A DNA stretch of 63,819 bases, filler included, from Aduncisulcus paluster (Eukaryota): NCBI GenBank assembly GCA_024181965.1. It is 8 parts of 8 records of this genome, joined end to end, with 100 filler letters (N's around TTAATTAATTAA, not from the genome) between each part and the next. Parts side by side here need not be neighbours in the genome. Positions count along the whole stretch, not along the records: positions 1 to 15,477 come from BQXS01011211.1; 7 more parts are not named here. One strand, 5' to 3'. Shown here piece by piece: positions 1 to 11,298 of the stretch; the stretch's first letter is position 1; every line of letters begins with the position of its first letter. The notes below the pieces were generated by a model that was given only the letters and a program-made list of their open reading frames with translations, was not told the origin of the DNA and did no database searches. Made by a program: the position numbers and the translations under genes.

Positions 1-591
1 CCCATTTCTGTCCAACTCTTAGTGCATCACACATGCATGGAATGTTATTTTTGTTGTTCTTCTCGATATTGATGTGATCATGGTCTCAATTGGTGTGCAT
101 TTCCAAGTAAGAGCTGGTACTTCACCGTTTCTTGCCGAGAAAGATTGTTTTGATCTTCGAAAGGAACTCGATTCTGATTCCTATGATGGACTGATAATGT
201 ATTGTATTGTTTTGTTTTATTTTTTACTTTTTAATTCCCTACCAACATGTCTTATGAAGGAATTAACTTCACAAACTCTATCTTCAAGATGCCTTGTTTT
301 AAAATCCATAAAAACCAATTCCATTTTATTTAATTGTCGATTCCATTTTATTTGTTTCTCTGTTTCTCTATTCCCCATTTCTGTCCAACTCTTAGTGCAT
401 CACACATGCATGGAATGTTATTTTTGTTGTTCTTCTCGATATTGATGTGATCATGGTCTCAATTGGTGTGCATTTCCAAGTAAGAGCTGGTACTTCACCG
501 TTTCTTGCCGAGAAAGATTGTTTTGATCTTCGAAAGGAACTCGATTCTGATTCCTATGATGGACTGATAATGTATTGTATTGTTTTGTTTT
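1..591. repeat. Direct repeat, 373-bp offset (1-218 = 374-591)
   Basis: Sequence starting cccatttctgtccaactcttag recurs at 374 and is identical for about 218 nt; no N gap between copies. Confidence 0.85.
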
Positions 592-736
592 TTTGCTTCC
601 TTTTATCTCTCAATGTTCAGCATCCCATGTGCATTCATATCAAACTTCTGTCAAATGACTATTTCGAAGAAGACGCACGAAGGAATAAAAGTACAATGTC
701 CTTCTTTGTAGATGATATCATTATCCTTGGAGAGGA

Positions 737-1837
737 TTATTTCCATGGAAGTAGAGATAATCGTTCAACAATGATCTCTTCTGGAATGGCAGTAAATACA
801 AGGGAGTAGACTCCGAAAATTCGACAGTTCATCTCTTCCCACATCCCTTTCCCTTCAATCTCACACAATACAACATTCATCAAATCAATAGGAAGGAAGT
901 GCCATTCATATTTATGTTTAGGTCTTGTGAATTCATACTTCTTGTATGTCTTCTTATCATCACAATCGGTGAAAGTGAAGAAGAGACAAGGTGAACTACG
1001 ATTCTTATGAACACAGATATAAGCACCTTTCATAGGACTAGGTGATGGGAAAGGGATGGAAAGATGGGATAATTGTAAATAACATTCCCCTTTTAACATT
1101 CTTTGTGCATCTGAACTCTGATCATAATACTCAGATTCCTTACTATACGAATCATCCTTGCACTTAACCATTGAGAATGAAAGATCAACAATCTTTGGAT
1201 CATCTCGTGGAATGGGGATAGAATCTCTACCTTTAAATTCATTATCTCCTCCTTTAATAAACTCTGGTTTTACAACTGGAGCTTCAGCCCATAGTTTCTC
1301 TTTGGCTTCACGAGCTTTGACTTCTTCATGAGTTTCTTCTCTAATGAAAACAAGGTATTCGATTTCAAAATACTCTTCCTCTCTTCCTCTCCCTGTAATC
1401 TCACACAGAACAACATCAGGGAGATCAACAGGAAGGAAATACCAATACCAACCTTTAAGTTCAGGAAATTCAAATTTCTTGGATGTTTTCTCACGCTTTG
1501 AAGATGTAAGAGTGAAGATAAGGTGTGATGGAGGTAAAGAATAAGTAGAAACAAAAAGACAGATATAGACACCTTTCATTGGGGAAGATGAAGAGAAAGG
1601 AATGGAGATATCGGTAAAATGCCCACAATTCAACTCTCCTTTTATCATCTCTTGTGCATTATAACTCTGATCGTACTCTTCATCACCTTCTTTCTTGGTT
1701 CCATCTATTGCTGTGATAGTTGGAAGGTCTGCACTCTTGATATTGGGGGCATCTCCAGGAATAGAACAGCAACTGTAACCTCCTTCATGAATTATCTCAG
1801 CTTCCACAGTTTGAATAACCCCAGTGGATGAAATCAT
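737..1837 (-). CDS. Hypervariable beta-domain family protein, free two-domain (A+B) form, 366 aa
   Basis: Two tandem ~170-aa repeats with the motif SIPF.S.SPMKG.YIC...KKYEF...W.FLP.DL..VVLCEI.G; ends ERLSLLPWK like the paralogs at 33361 and 38291. Confidence 0.85.
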   Translation of the reverse strand: MISSTGVIQTVEAEIIHEGGYSCCSIPGDAPNIKSADLPTITAIDGTKKEGDEEYDQSYNAQEMIKGELNCGHFTDISIPFSSSSPMKGVYICLFVSTYSLPPSHLIFTLTSSKREKTSKKFEFPELKGWYWYFLPVDLPDVVLCEITGRGREEEYFEIEYLVFIREETHEEVKAREAKEKLWAEAPVVKPEFIKGGDNEFKGRDSIPIPRDDPKIVDLSFSMVKCKDDSYSKESEYYDQSSDAQRMLKGECYLQLSHLSIPFPSPSPMKGAYICVHKNRSSPCLFFTFTDCDDKKTYKKYEFTRPKHKYEWHFLPIDLMNVVLCEIEGKGMWEEMNCRIFGVYSLVFTAIPEEIIVERLSLLPWK

Positions 1838-2525
1838 TTGCCTAGAGATAGAATATTATCTTAAAACAAAAATAAGCAGAGAATAATAATTTTTTGTGAA
1901 TAGCAAACATTGCGAAAATCAAGGAGAACAGTCCGACAGAAAAAGACGACAAACGAACAAGGAACAAGGAACAACAAAAACAGCAAAACAGTGAGTGAAT
2001 TGGGGCGACAACGATTAAAATATGCCTTAATGTGCATTAAATAAAATAACTGACATACAGAAAATATATAATATGTTATTTACGCAGGAAAAGACGACGA
2101 CCAAACTCACAACCCCCGTCTGACAATCACAGAAAGTGATATTGCATAATATATAAATAAATATGTGTTGACTTTTTATTTGTTTCATATGTTGTATGTC
2201 ATCCTTGTGAATCCACTCCCGACACAAAATCGTCTCATAAGTCCCAGTTTTGCCAACATATCGAATTATAAAATATCTTCTGTTCTCCTTCATGATGTTA
2301 AGTTGCATCTATATCCCGTGAATATCATCGATACCTTGACATATCCATAGTTTGTGTTTTCAGAATTTCGATTCTATTCTTGGATTGAAATTGGATGATT
2401 TCAACGGATATTTCTTTGATAACTTTCCAGATTTTCCAACCATTATCTGAATCTTTAATTTTTATTATTCTTATTTATCTTATTCCACAAATATCTTCAA
2501 TTTCCCATTTTCTTGACATCACAAA

Positions 2526-3041
2526 ATGACAAGCATTTTTGCCGACTATAGTTTTGAAGGATTTTGGGATGAAAGTGATTATGCATTGAGAGCGTATGTA
2601 TCTGCTCAAACCCCATCAGATAAACTCATCAAGCAAATAGAAGATGAACTCGGTTATAAATTTCCTGCGTCATACATTGAATTTATGAAACTTCACAACG
2701 GTGGTACCCCCCACTATAATTGTATTTATTTGGAGGATGAAGAATATCCTTTACAAATCACAGGATTTTTTTGTCTTGGAGATGAATCCAAAACATATTC
2801 TCTCGTTAGATCTCACAATCGTATGGTTATTGGATGGGAATATCCTGCAACTGGTATCTATATCTGTGATTCCCCGTCTGCTGGACATGACATGTTCATG
2901 TTGGATTATGAAGGCTGTGAAGCTGGCGAAGAACCTCAAGTTGTTAACGTTGATCAAGAGGGTGATTATGAAAAGATTGTTGTGGCTCAAACATTTGAAG
3001 AGTTTATCAGAAAACTTGAAGTTGACAGAGGAGATGAATGA
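2526..3041 (+). CDS. SMI1/KNR4 (SUKH) family protein, bacterial immunity-protein type
   Basis: SDKLIKQIEDELGYKFPASYIEFMKLHNGG and ICDSPSAGHDMFMLDY...EPQVVNVDQE...VAQTFEEFIRKL match the SUKH signature. Confidence 0.88.
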   Translation: MTSIFADYSFEGFWDESDYALRAYVSAQTPSDKLIKQIEDELGYKFPASYIEFMKLHNGGTPHYNCIYLEDEEYPLQITGFFCLGDESKTYSLVRSHNRMVIGWEYPATGIYICDSPSAGHDMFMLDYEGCEAGEEPQVVNVDQEGDYEKIVVAQTFEEFIRKLEVDRGDE

Positions 3042-3572
3042 ACACATCAATAGCATTCCAGTATTGTTTACATGGTGTAATAAAGTACTCTAAAATTGAA
3101 TAGATCTTCACTCTCTTTCGTTTTATTTCTTTTTTGTGTTTTAAGGTGAGAATCACTGTGGTTCAACCACAAAGTAGCACCACCATAAACTTACAGTTGT
3201 CAATTCTGCCGGTACCGGCACTGCCGTACTTACTTATAGCCTTAGCTACGCCGAAAAAATTAATATATAAAGATAAAACTATTAGTAACGGGAAGTACCG
3301 TTATTTCTGTTTCATCCCTTTTCTATATCATCCACCTGTGTAGAAAAAGCACGCCAAGCTTCAGTGCTGCATGAAAACCGACCAGAAAATTCTTAAATTG
3401 CCAGTTTATTATAAATAAAATGGAATATTAACAAGATTATTTTTGATTGGGGTTCATGATGGTTGAAGCCAAAACTTCGTTTTTCAATTTGATCCAAACT
3501 TAAGAAGCTTGGAAATTCAGTTATTGTGAAAAACTATTTTATTGGTTAATTTAAATTGATATTGTCGAAAAT

Positions 3573-6500
3573 ATGCCTTATTTAACGTCTGGTAAAAAGC
3601 TGGGTGGAAATGGGCAAGAAAACCCCATTATATTGATTCCCGGTTACCTTGAAAGCACTTTAGTACATGAAGATAGCTTTGGCAAAATTTCTACGATTTA
3701 TCCAAAATTTTATGGTGCTGAATCTTCTGTTAAAGGTTTTTTATTAGATCATTCTATTCCCCACTCCTCAGTCAAAGGTTTAGTTGATGAAGAGAATGGA
3801 AATATTGATTCTGTATCTATTTCACGATTTTTTGGATCATCAAAATGGTCATTTATTTTTTCACCTCTTATTAAGAAACTCAAAGCTGAAGGATACATTC
3901 CTGGTGGGAATTTGTTTGTTTTCTCACACGATTGGAGACTTCATGATCTTGATGAGCTTAATAGAGCATTTTATCGACTTGTTGTGTTCGTCAAATCCAT
4001 CTGTAAGCAATCTGTCACGCTAATCTCGCATGGAAGCGGTGGAATATTTGTTAAACAGTTTTTGGCGTGTTACCCTAAGTTATATTGTTGTAAAAGCTCT
4101 TCTCATAGCTCACAATATTTATTCCAAGAACCTTTTATATCTGATTGGATCGCAGCTTCGTGTCCTTTCTATGGCGGGAGTATGGCTGCCCTTTCAACGA
4201 TTATTTTCCCATATTTACATCGTAAGGGGATCGCTGGATTGTCTGACCGATTCACTTCCTTATCATCACAGACAGAAGCCCTTCTAGCTCTGCAAAGCCC
4301 TGCTTTCTTGAGCATGCTCCCTCTTTCTCTGCTTGATCAGATGAAAACGCTTGCGCCGCGTGTCATTATGGCCGATCAAGCGTCTTTTGGCAAGCATAAA
4401 CACACATTGGATGACATTGAAGGTAAAGAACCATCAGATGCCTTCAAATCATTCGTTGTACCCCTTAATGTTACCATTTCGACGCTTGCTATCAATTCTT
4501 ATGCTGAAACTAACTGCCCAGAAATGGGACCAATGTCCTTCCCAATTGCTTCAGTGACTATGGGGGAATCTTCCAAAAATCCATCAAAACTCCCTTCTAT
4601 GCTATCCTGGTTCCGAAGCAGTCAATCGCATCACAATCGCCATACACACAAACAAAAGTCAGCAATGTCAACAGCACCAACCAACTCCCATGATGGACAA
4701 GCCATGCGTGAGCCTGATGATAGAACTTCGAGTGTCATTGATTCTATTTCTTCAACATTTCCGTCAGATATTGAAGAATATGGCCTTCCTGAAATAGAAG
4801 TCTCTGATTCGTCTGTATATTCCTTTCGATCTCCTCATAGTGATTGTGTTGCATCAAAGCATGTTAAAAATGTGGATGAAATTGATCTTGGAGCTGACAA
4901 GGGAACTCTTGGCCAACAAAGAAATGAAGAAATTCCTTCATCTTCCTCACTCTCAAAGGTTATGAGTGCACCTGTTTCTTCTAAACTTTCTTGTGAAACA
5001 ACTACTCCCGCAAGTGATGATCCAAGATTCAAACGTGAGTTCCATTCACATGACATTAAGTCTTCTCCTGAGTGTCAATATCATGATGTACGGTTCACAA
5101 CTCACCCTGAACACTGTAAATCCAATGAGCTTACATTTCCCCTCTTTGACATTCTCCAAAGATGTTCTTTCGACCTCTGTGGTCTTGATTCTTCTTCCAC
5201 ATGTTCTTTGGCAACAAGTTCTTCTTCTTCGACAATGGACTCGCCCCATTCATGGGCTGAACATGTCCATTTCCTTCTGTCTGTTCTCACAGCTCCGATG
5301 CCTCGGTGTCGAGGAAACGGCAGCACTGATGAATCTTCATCTTCATCTCCATCCTCTGCTCATCATTCGACTATTATTAGTTCATCTATGAGGAGTGGGG
5401 ATTATGACTCAACTAAACAAGGACACGGTGCCATTGTTCACGGAAGTAGTAATCCAAACTATACTGAACAATCAGCACAATCAGCACAATCTGTTCCATC
5501 AAGTACTCCATCAATTACTCCATTAAGTATTAGTACTCTAAAAGGAGAGAAGAAAGTTGAAGAAGTAGAGCATGGAGAGGTAGAAATTGAGAAAGAAGTA
5601 TATGAAGAGTATGAAGAAGAAGAAGAGGAAGAGGAAGAGGAGGAAGAGGAAGAGGAGGAAGAGGAGTCCCATCATTCTTTGAACACTGGTACACTTGGTA
5701 TTCATGTGCTTGGTATTCATGTGATCGGTGGGACTTTGATGCCCACACCGTGGCATACAACCATTCACACAGATAAGGAGAAAGAAAGAGAACAAATGGA
5801 TGCAGCCACGCATGATGTTCATCATGTTTATTCAGATAGAAAGGACGCTGGAGATATCCTGAAAGATATCGATATTGAGGAGGAAAAGGGACTTTTGGAT
5901 AACTCAACATTCCAGCAGAAAGATAAGAAAGAAGTGGATACTGGAAGAATTGATGATGGTCGTGAAAAGGATGTATTGTATTCAAATATCTTGGATGCTG
6001 TCACATCCATGTGTCTTGGCGATACTGATGATTCCTCAAAAATAACGAATCCGGTTTCAACTCCAATCGTTCCAAAAATATCTTCTTCGCGAGTCACACT
6101 GACATCTATTTTTGGAGACGGTATCATTCCCGATTTTTCTTCTCTTGCCCTCTCATGTGATGTCACCTCAAGGCTTTCACTGCCTCACACTGACTTCCAC
6201 AGTACTCTATCTTGTCCCGTCTCCATTGAATTTATTATGGAGACTCTCTCGCAAAAGGAAAAAGAAAGAGCAAAAAAAGCTATTGTTGGATCTGAGCCAA
6301 AACTTTTTAAACCTATTCCAAGTCAGACAAAGAGAATAAGAACAAAAACAAGAAGAAGAAGAAGAACAAGAAAGGTGACTCAAACTGTTGTAAACGAAAT
6401 GTCCAAAGAAGAGGTTATTCCTAACAGTCCTTCCTCTCTCGCTTCAACCCAAGAATTAGGTCAGTACAGTACAGCTCAGTGTAGTGCAGCTCAGTATGGT

Positions 6501-9500
6501 ACAGGTCAGTGTAGTGCAGGTCAGTTGGCTTCTTCTGATGATTCGAAGGTGATGATTGAAGAGCAACAAGAGAAAGAGAAAGATGACGAGGAAGAACAAG
6601 GCCAAGAAGAGTTTGAACAAGAAGAAGAGGAGGAATGTATCAATAATGAAAGACAGGTCCAGATCTTAGAGAAAGTTGCAGATGAAATGTATAGATCTGA
6701 TGTGAAGAGTAGCAAGAAAATTAGCATAATTACTACTAAAACTAGCCATGCTGAAAGATCTTCCTCTTCTCCTTCTTCCTCTTCTCCTTCTTCCTCTTCT
6801 CCTCCACAAGAAGATGAAGTTGGACAAGATAAGAAACCTGGTCGTAAATCTCTAAAAACTCTGGACTTTAAGAAGATTCCATTGATTGAAAATTCACGAT
6901 TCTTGTCCAAATTATTATCTCCAAGAATCATATCTCAAGGGAGAAAAAACAATACTGAAGGTATTTCGCCATTACTTATTGTACCTGGAGCCGGTGGAAG
7001 TATTCTCAGGTGTAAGGATAAATTGACAGGGAAAGATTTCGTTGTCTGGCCTCGTGTTATAGGGACTTGTGCTTATGTAGAACGCTTCATGTGGGGCAAA
7101 TACAATGCTGAAACTGAATTTTACGAACATTATCTATATCCTGAACGGTTTTCCATATATCCTGGTCGCGATAACCACGGGTTATATGGTGTAGAGAGTC
7201 TATTAACCGATATTCCCATCGTGGGGAATCGATTGGGAGGTCAATTCAGGTTTATGATTAATTTCTTTAAAAAGAAACGTGGTCTGGTACCTGGTGTAAC
7301 GATGTTTGGATTTCCATACGATTGGAGGCAGGACATGAGTGCTTCTTGGATGCTTGATGATTTACAAGAAGCTATCGAAAATGCTTATATCAAAAGCGGT
7401 GCAAGGAAAGTCGATATTGTGTGCCATTCCTTGGGTGGGCTTGTGCTCTTATATTACTATAAACTACGTCATGACCATTGCATGCAATTCGTGCGTTCTA
7501 TATCTTCAATTGGGACCCCGTATAGGGGTGCAGCAGGCATCGCTACAGGATCTCCCCTTCTTGGTTACTCGTTTAAATTGGGCTATCTCAATCAGAGAAC
7601 ATTCTCTATCTTGCAGGGGACTTGTCCTGCATACTTGCATCTTAGTCCCTGTGCATTTAGTGTTGTTAGGGGTGATATGGCAAGTGGAATGAGAATGCGA
7701 GTGAGAGAACGGAAGAAATACTCTGTGTCAGAGTGGATTGTTGAATGGAACAGACGTAAGACGGCAGAAATTGAGGAGATTCGGAAGAAACTATCCTCAC
7801 GCGATGGTTCTGATCGTGAATCTCTGGTAGCCCTTGACACTGAAGAATCTAATGAAAGTGGTTGTGCAAAAGGAGATGATGATACTGTGATAAATATCGA
7901 GTATAGTGCGGAATCGAGTCCCTTTGCCAACGTTGAGTTCTTTTTCCACCCTTCTCATGGTACTCTTGCTGTGTCACCATGTCGAGCTATCAGGGTGTCC
8001 CCCAATTGTACCACAAGAGATGGTTTTAAAGAGATTGCTGAAGCTAGATGGTCTACAGGATCTTCCTCAAATGACAACTCTGAATGGGTGACTCCTGGAA
8101 ATAGGGGTGAAAAAGAAGTGAGAGAAAGGATGGAATGGGTCAAGAAGCATCGTGAAGGCTTACTGTCTTCCAAACCCAAGGTTAACCCTACGATGGTCAG
8201 TTCCGATTGTACTGTCATTCTCAGTCAAGAATCAATAGTACAACAGTCAACCTCAAGGGAAGAAGAAGATGATTCTACAACAGACAATTCAACTCATACT
8301 TCCACTTCTTCTTCTTCCTTACAAGATGACCAAGACTATAGTCCATCGTTCAAACTTTTATCCGCTTTTATAAAACTCCCCGAAAAAGATGTTCTCCCTT
8401 TGCGAATCTGGAAGAAAACGTTGAAGCAATTCCAAACTGAAGACAAAGAAATCATGAGGAAAGAAATTGAAAGGATTGAGAAAGAAAGGAAAAGAATGGA
8501 AATTCTTGAGAAGAAGAAGGAAAGAAAACTCCACAAGATGCTCAAAACCTTTAAAAGTGATGTTTTACAGGTGCTTCCTCTCTCTTCTGCCATTCTTCGC
8601 GGAGATAAGAATGATAAAAAGCAAAAGGAAGAAGAGATAGAGCTTAAGGGAGATGATCAAATGAAGGATGGTTGTGATGTTGAAAAGGAAGAAAAGATCG
8701 AAGGCGAGGAACAACAAAAGATTATTCCTCATCTCATTCCTTCTCAATCGCCTATTTTGGGATCAGAATCTCCTATCATTCGTGAGAAAGAACCTCCATC
8801 TCTTGTTGGTGTTGAAACTCTGGATTCTTCTAAAAATAGAACCAAAGTTTCTCAAACTCAACCAATGCCACAACAGTCCAAACAACAAGATGTTGCTGTT
8901 CCTGATGCTACCCACACTCCTATTCCTTCGTTTTCTTCCATTTCTCAGCATATTACACCATTCTCCAGTGAATTCCCAATGTCACCTCTTCTACTGGAGA
9001 CAAGGAAATGGTATCATTCAGCGTTTATCTCTACAAATGGTCTAGATGAAGAGTACGTCACGAATGAAGAAATTCACTCCATTACAAAAGATCTTCTTGA
9101 ATCAGACAAATCCCTCCATGTCGATGGTGTTAACGTGTGGAAATATATCCAAGATACCATTGAAGAACGCAAGAAAACGGTATCAGACAAGGATATGAAA
9201 CGTAAATTCCTTAATGAAGTTCGGTTTGGTAGACAAAAACATACTGTTCCCGTCACATCTTTGAGTTCTGACATCCTTGATCCTCAAGATCTAATTGAAT
9301 CTATCGTTTCTGACGACCCTTTGTCAAAAAGTGCGAAAGAAATGGGTCAGTTAGTCAACCAAAGAGAAGGAGAATGGTGGAAAACTGGGGGATTTCATTC
9401 CGCCACATTTACTGCAGCCTCTTCTGTGGCTTGTGTCAGTGAGGTCCAATCAATATTAAAAAAGGAAGATGAAAAAGAAGGAGATGGTATCCATGCTCCA

Positions 9501-10580
9501 AAAATAGACAATGAGAAAGAGAGTGAGCTTGAACATTTTGAATGTGGTTCTGATCTCTGTGATGGTTGTGATGCCATTTCTCCTTCATCCCTTTGTAAAG
9601 AACCCATTCATAGTGATTCCACAATTGTTGTTGACTCTTCCTGTTCTCAAGTATCTCACTTGAAACCAGCAAAGAATCTCACTTCATGCCACATTGATGA
9701 TTCTGTTCGCACTGATTCTGCTCGCACTGATTCTGCTCGCACTGATCTCATGGTTGGAGGAACTGATCACCATCAACTCGATCACCATCAACAATGTCAA
9801 TCGATCACACCCTCAGTCGTGCCGTTTGGAGACACTGATTTGTTACACATGTATGACTTTGCTCGTGAATCTATGGATTATGCTCCACACCCGAATATTA
9901 AATTCGATGAGAATTGTTACCAACGTTACTGCGAACGAGCCTCCATCCCCATCCCGCCTGTTCCTGCCGATTTTTCATACAATGTCTTCTATGGACACTC
10001 AAAACCTACTGCGTGGGACTCTGTGTCAGGTGAAAGTGTTGAAGAAATGGGTGGTGATTGTGACTGCATCGGCTGCCAATGGGTTCGAGAGAGTGAACGT
10101 GGTCGTCATTTCCATTCATGTTCCTCTTCCTCTTCCTCCTCCTCTTCTTCCTCTTCTTCCTTACAACAGCAGAGAGATGTTCCCCTTGTTCCTAAAACAC
10201 ATCCTCTTACTTCACATCTTCTTCACCATCTTGTGAATAGACCATTGTCCTATACTTTCGTTCCCGGAGATGGAACGATCCCGATGTTACATGCGTTACC
10301 CCCTTTCAAGCCTTCGTCTCTTGTCGCAATAGCCAATACATCTCACTTTGGTCTTATGCGAAGTCTCTCTGTATGTGAAGGAATCTTACAAGTGATGGAA
10401 GAAAGGGATGAAATCGATCGGCAAAACTCGAGCACTCCACTATCTCAGAGGAATGATGGAGGAATTATTGGGTCAGGCGAAGTCAGTAGCGGAGAATCAA
10501 CTCCTAGGGTATTTGGAGGTGGTTTGCCTGGCGTAAAAAGTATTATCCAACGAATTCTGGGCGAATCTAGCGTAGAATAA
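3573..10580 (+). CDS. Giant protein with two LCAT/phospholipase A-like alpha/beta-hydrolase domains and long low-complexity inserts, 2335 aa
   Basis: Domain 1: PIILIPGYLES, FSHDWR, ISHGSGG, CPFYGG, GDGII. Domain 2: LLIVPGAGGS, FPYDWRQ, CHSLGG, GTPYRGA, GDGTIP, SHFGL. Confidence 0.85.
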   Translation: MPYLTSGKKLGGNGQENPIILIPGYLESTLVHEDSFGKISTIYPKFYGAESSVKGFLLDHSIPHSSVKGLVDEENGNIDSVSISRFFGSSKWSFIFSPLIKKLKAEGYIPGGNLFVFSHDWRLHDLDELNRAFYRLVVFVKSICKQSVTLISHGSGGIFVKQFLACYPKLYCCKSSSHSSQYLFQEPFISDWIAASCPFYGGSMAALSTIIFPYLHRKGIAGLSDRFTSLSSQTEALLALQSPAFLSMLPLSLLDQMKTLAPRVIMADQASFGKHKHTLDDIEGKEPSDAFKSFVVPLNVTISTLAINSYAETNCPEMGPMSFPIASVTMGESSKNPSKLPSMLSWFRSSQSHHNRHTHKQKSAMSTAPTNSHDGQAMREPDDRTSSVIDSISSTFPSDIEEYGLPEIEVSDSSVYSFRSPHSDCVASKHVKNVDEIDLGADKGTLGQQRNEEIPSSSSLSKVMSAPVSSKLSCETTTPASDDPRFKREFHSHDIKSSPECQYHDVRFTTHPEHCKSNELTFPLFDILQRCSFDLCGLDSSSTCSLATSSSSSTMDSPHSWAEHVHFLLSVLTAPMPRCRGNGSTDESSSSSPSSAHHSTIISSSMRSGDYDSTKQGHGAIVHGSSNPNYTEQSAQSAQSVPSSTPSITPLSISTLKGEKKVEEVEHGEVEIEKEVYEEYEEEEEEEEEEEEEEEEEESHHSLNTGTLGIHVLGIHVIGGTLMPTPWHTTIHTDKEKEREQMDAATHDVHHVYSDRKDAGDILKDIDIEEEKGLLDNSTFQQKDKKEVDTGRIDDGREKDVLYSNILDAVTSMCLGDTDDSSKITNPVSTPIVPKISSSRVTLTSIFGDGIIPDFSSLALSCDVTSRLSLPHTDFHSTLSCPVSIEFIMETLSQKEKERAKKAIVGSEPKLFKPIPSQTKRIRTKTRRRRRTRKVTQTVVNEMSKEEVIPNSPSSLASTQELGQYSTAQCSAAQYGTGQCSAGQLASSDDSKVMIEEQQEKEKDDEEEQGQEEFEQEEEEECINNERQVQILEKVADEMYRSDVKSSKKISIITTKTSHAERSSSSPSSSSPSSSSPPQEDEVGQDKKPGRKSLKTLDFKKIPLIENSRFLSKLLSPRIISQGRKNNTEGISPLLIVPGAGGSILRCKDKLTGKDFVVWPRVIGTCAYVERFMWGKYNAETEFYEHYLYPERFSIYPGRDNHGLYGVESLLTDIPIVGNRLGGQFRFMINFFKKKRGLVPGVTMFGFPYDWRQDMSASWMLDDLQEAIENAYIKSGARKVDIVCHSLGGLVLLYYYKLRHDHCMQFVRSISSIGTPYRGAAGIATGSPLLGYSFKLGYLNQRTFSILQGTCPAYLHLSPCAFSVVRGDMASGMRMRVRERKKYSVSEWIVEWNRRKTAEIEEIRKKLSSRDGSDRESLVALDTEESNESGCAKGDDDTVINIEYSAESSPFANVEFFFHPSHGTLAVSPCRAIRVSPNCTTRDGFKEIAEARWSTGSSSNDNSEWVTPGNRGEKEVRERMEWVKKHREGLLSSKPKVNPTMVSSDCTVILSQESIVQQSTSREEEDDSTTDNSTHTSTSSSSLQDDQDYSPSFKLLSAFIKLPEKDVLPLRIWKKTLKQFQTEDKEIMRKEIERIEKERKRMEILEKKKERKLHKMLKTFKSDVLQVLPLSSAILRGDKNDKKQKEEEIELKGDDQMKDGCDVEKEEKIEGEEQQKIIPHLIPSQSPILGSESPIIREKEPPSLVGVETLDSSKNRTKVSQTQPMPQQSKQQDVAVPDATHTPIPSFSSISQHITPFSSEFPMSPLLLETRKWYHSAFISTNGLDEEYVTNEEIHSITKDLLESDKSLHVDGVNVWKYIQDTIEERKKTVSDKDMKRKFLNEVRFGRQKHTVPVTSLSSDILDPQDLIESIVSDDPLSKSAKEMGQLVNQREGEWWKTGGFHSATFTAASSVACVSEVQSILKKEDEKEGDGIHAPKIDNEKESELEHFECGSDLCDGCDAISPSSLCKEPIHSDSTIVVDSSCSQVSHLKPAKNLTSCHIDDSVRTDSARTDSARTDLMVGGTDHHQLDHHQQCQSITPSVVPFGDTDLLHMYDFARESMDYAPHPNIKFDENCYQRYCERASIPIPPVPADFSYNVFYGHSKPTAWDSVSGESVEEMGGDCDCIGCQWVRESERGRHFHSCSSSSSSSSSSSSSLQQQRDVPLVPKTHPLTSHLLHHLVNRPLSYTFVPGDGTIPMLHALPPFKPSSLVAIANTSHFGLMRSLSVCEGILQVMEERDEIDRQNSSTPLSQRNDGGIIGSGEVSSGESTPRVFGGGLPGVKSIIQRILGESSVE

Positions 10581-11298
10581 TCTATTTATAGTTTGGTTTA
10601 TCAATCTATCATGTGAAGATAATTTGTATCTTCTTCTTTTTTTTTTTTTTTTTGTTTTGTTTTGTATTGTTTTGTTTTGTTTTTTCATTTACTTTTCTAT
10701 GTTATGGTATTTATTATATTTCGCTTTTTTCTTCATCTTATTTTATTTTTTGAATAAGAATGTTAGTTTTGTTATTTAGTTATTTTAATCGATCGGATTT
10801 TACTTTATAATTCCTGGTTGTATCAGATCTTTTTCTATTTTTCTTGATTTCTATTATACTATTTCTATTATTGGATTTTCTATAATTTGCAATTCTCTAT
10901 TTTTAGACATGTAGAGAATTTTATTTTTCTTCATCCAATACTGATACGTCGCCTATTTGTCCCTAAAATCGATGTCACCAACGAGATAATTGCCGTGTTC
11001 ATCACATTTTAATGATCCTCTCGGAATTGTTGGCCCTTCTAAATTTCAATGGCTAAGTTGGAGAAATCTCTGACTTATGGCTAACGAATATATTGAATAA
11101 ATTACTTTTAAATTCAATTTTACTTTTGACTACTGGTTAGCAGCCTGCTGAGACTCAGCAGTGCTGAGCTTATGCTAGACAACTTGCAAACATGAAATTA
11201 ATAATTAATGACAGTGATTGGTTGGTCATTACCCTATCAATTGCGTTTGTACAAACAGTTAAAAATTAAATTCATTAAAATATTATGAATTAATCATG

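Noticed and set aside
74-809. ORFs 74-445 and 447-809 as a gene pair
   Set aside because: Products of the 373-bp repeat running into T-rich non-coding sequence; a possible exon there is unsupported.
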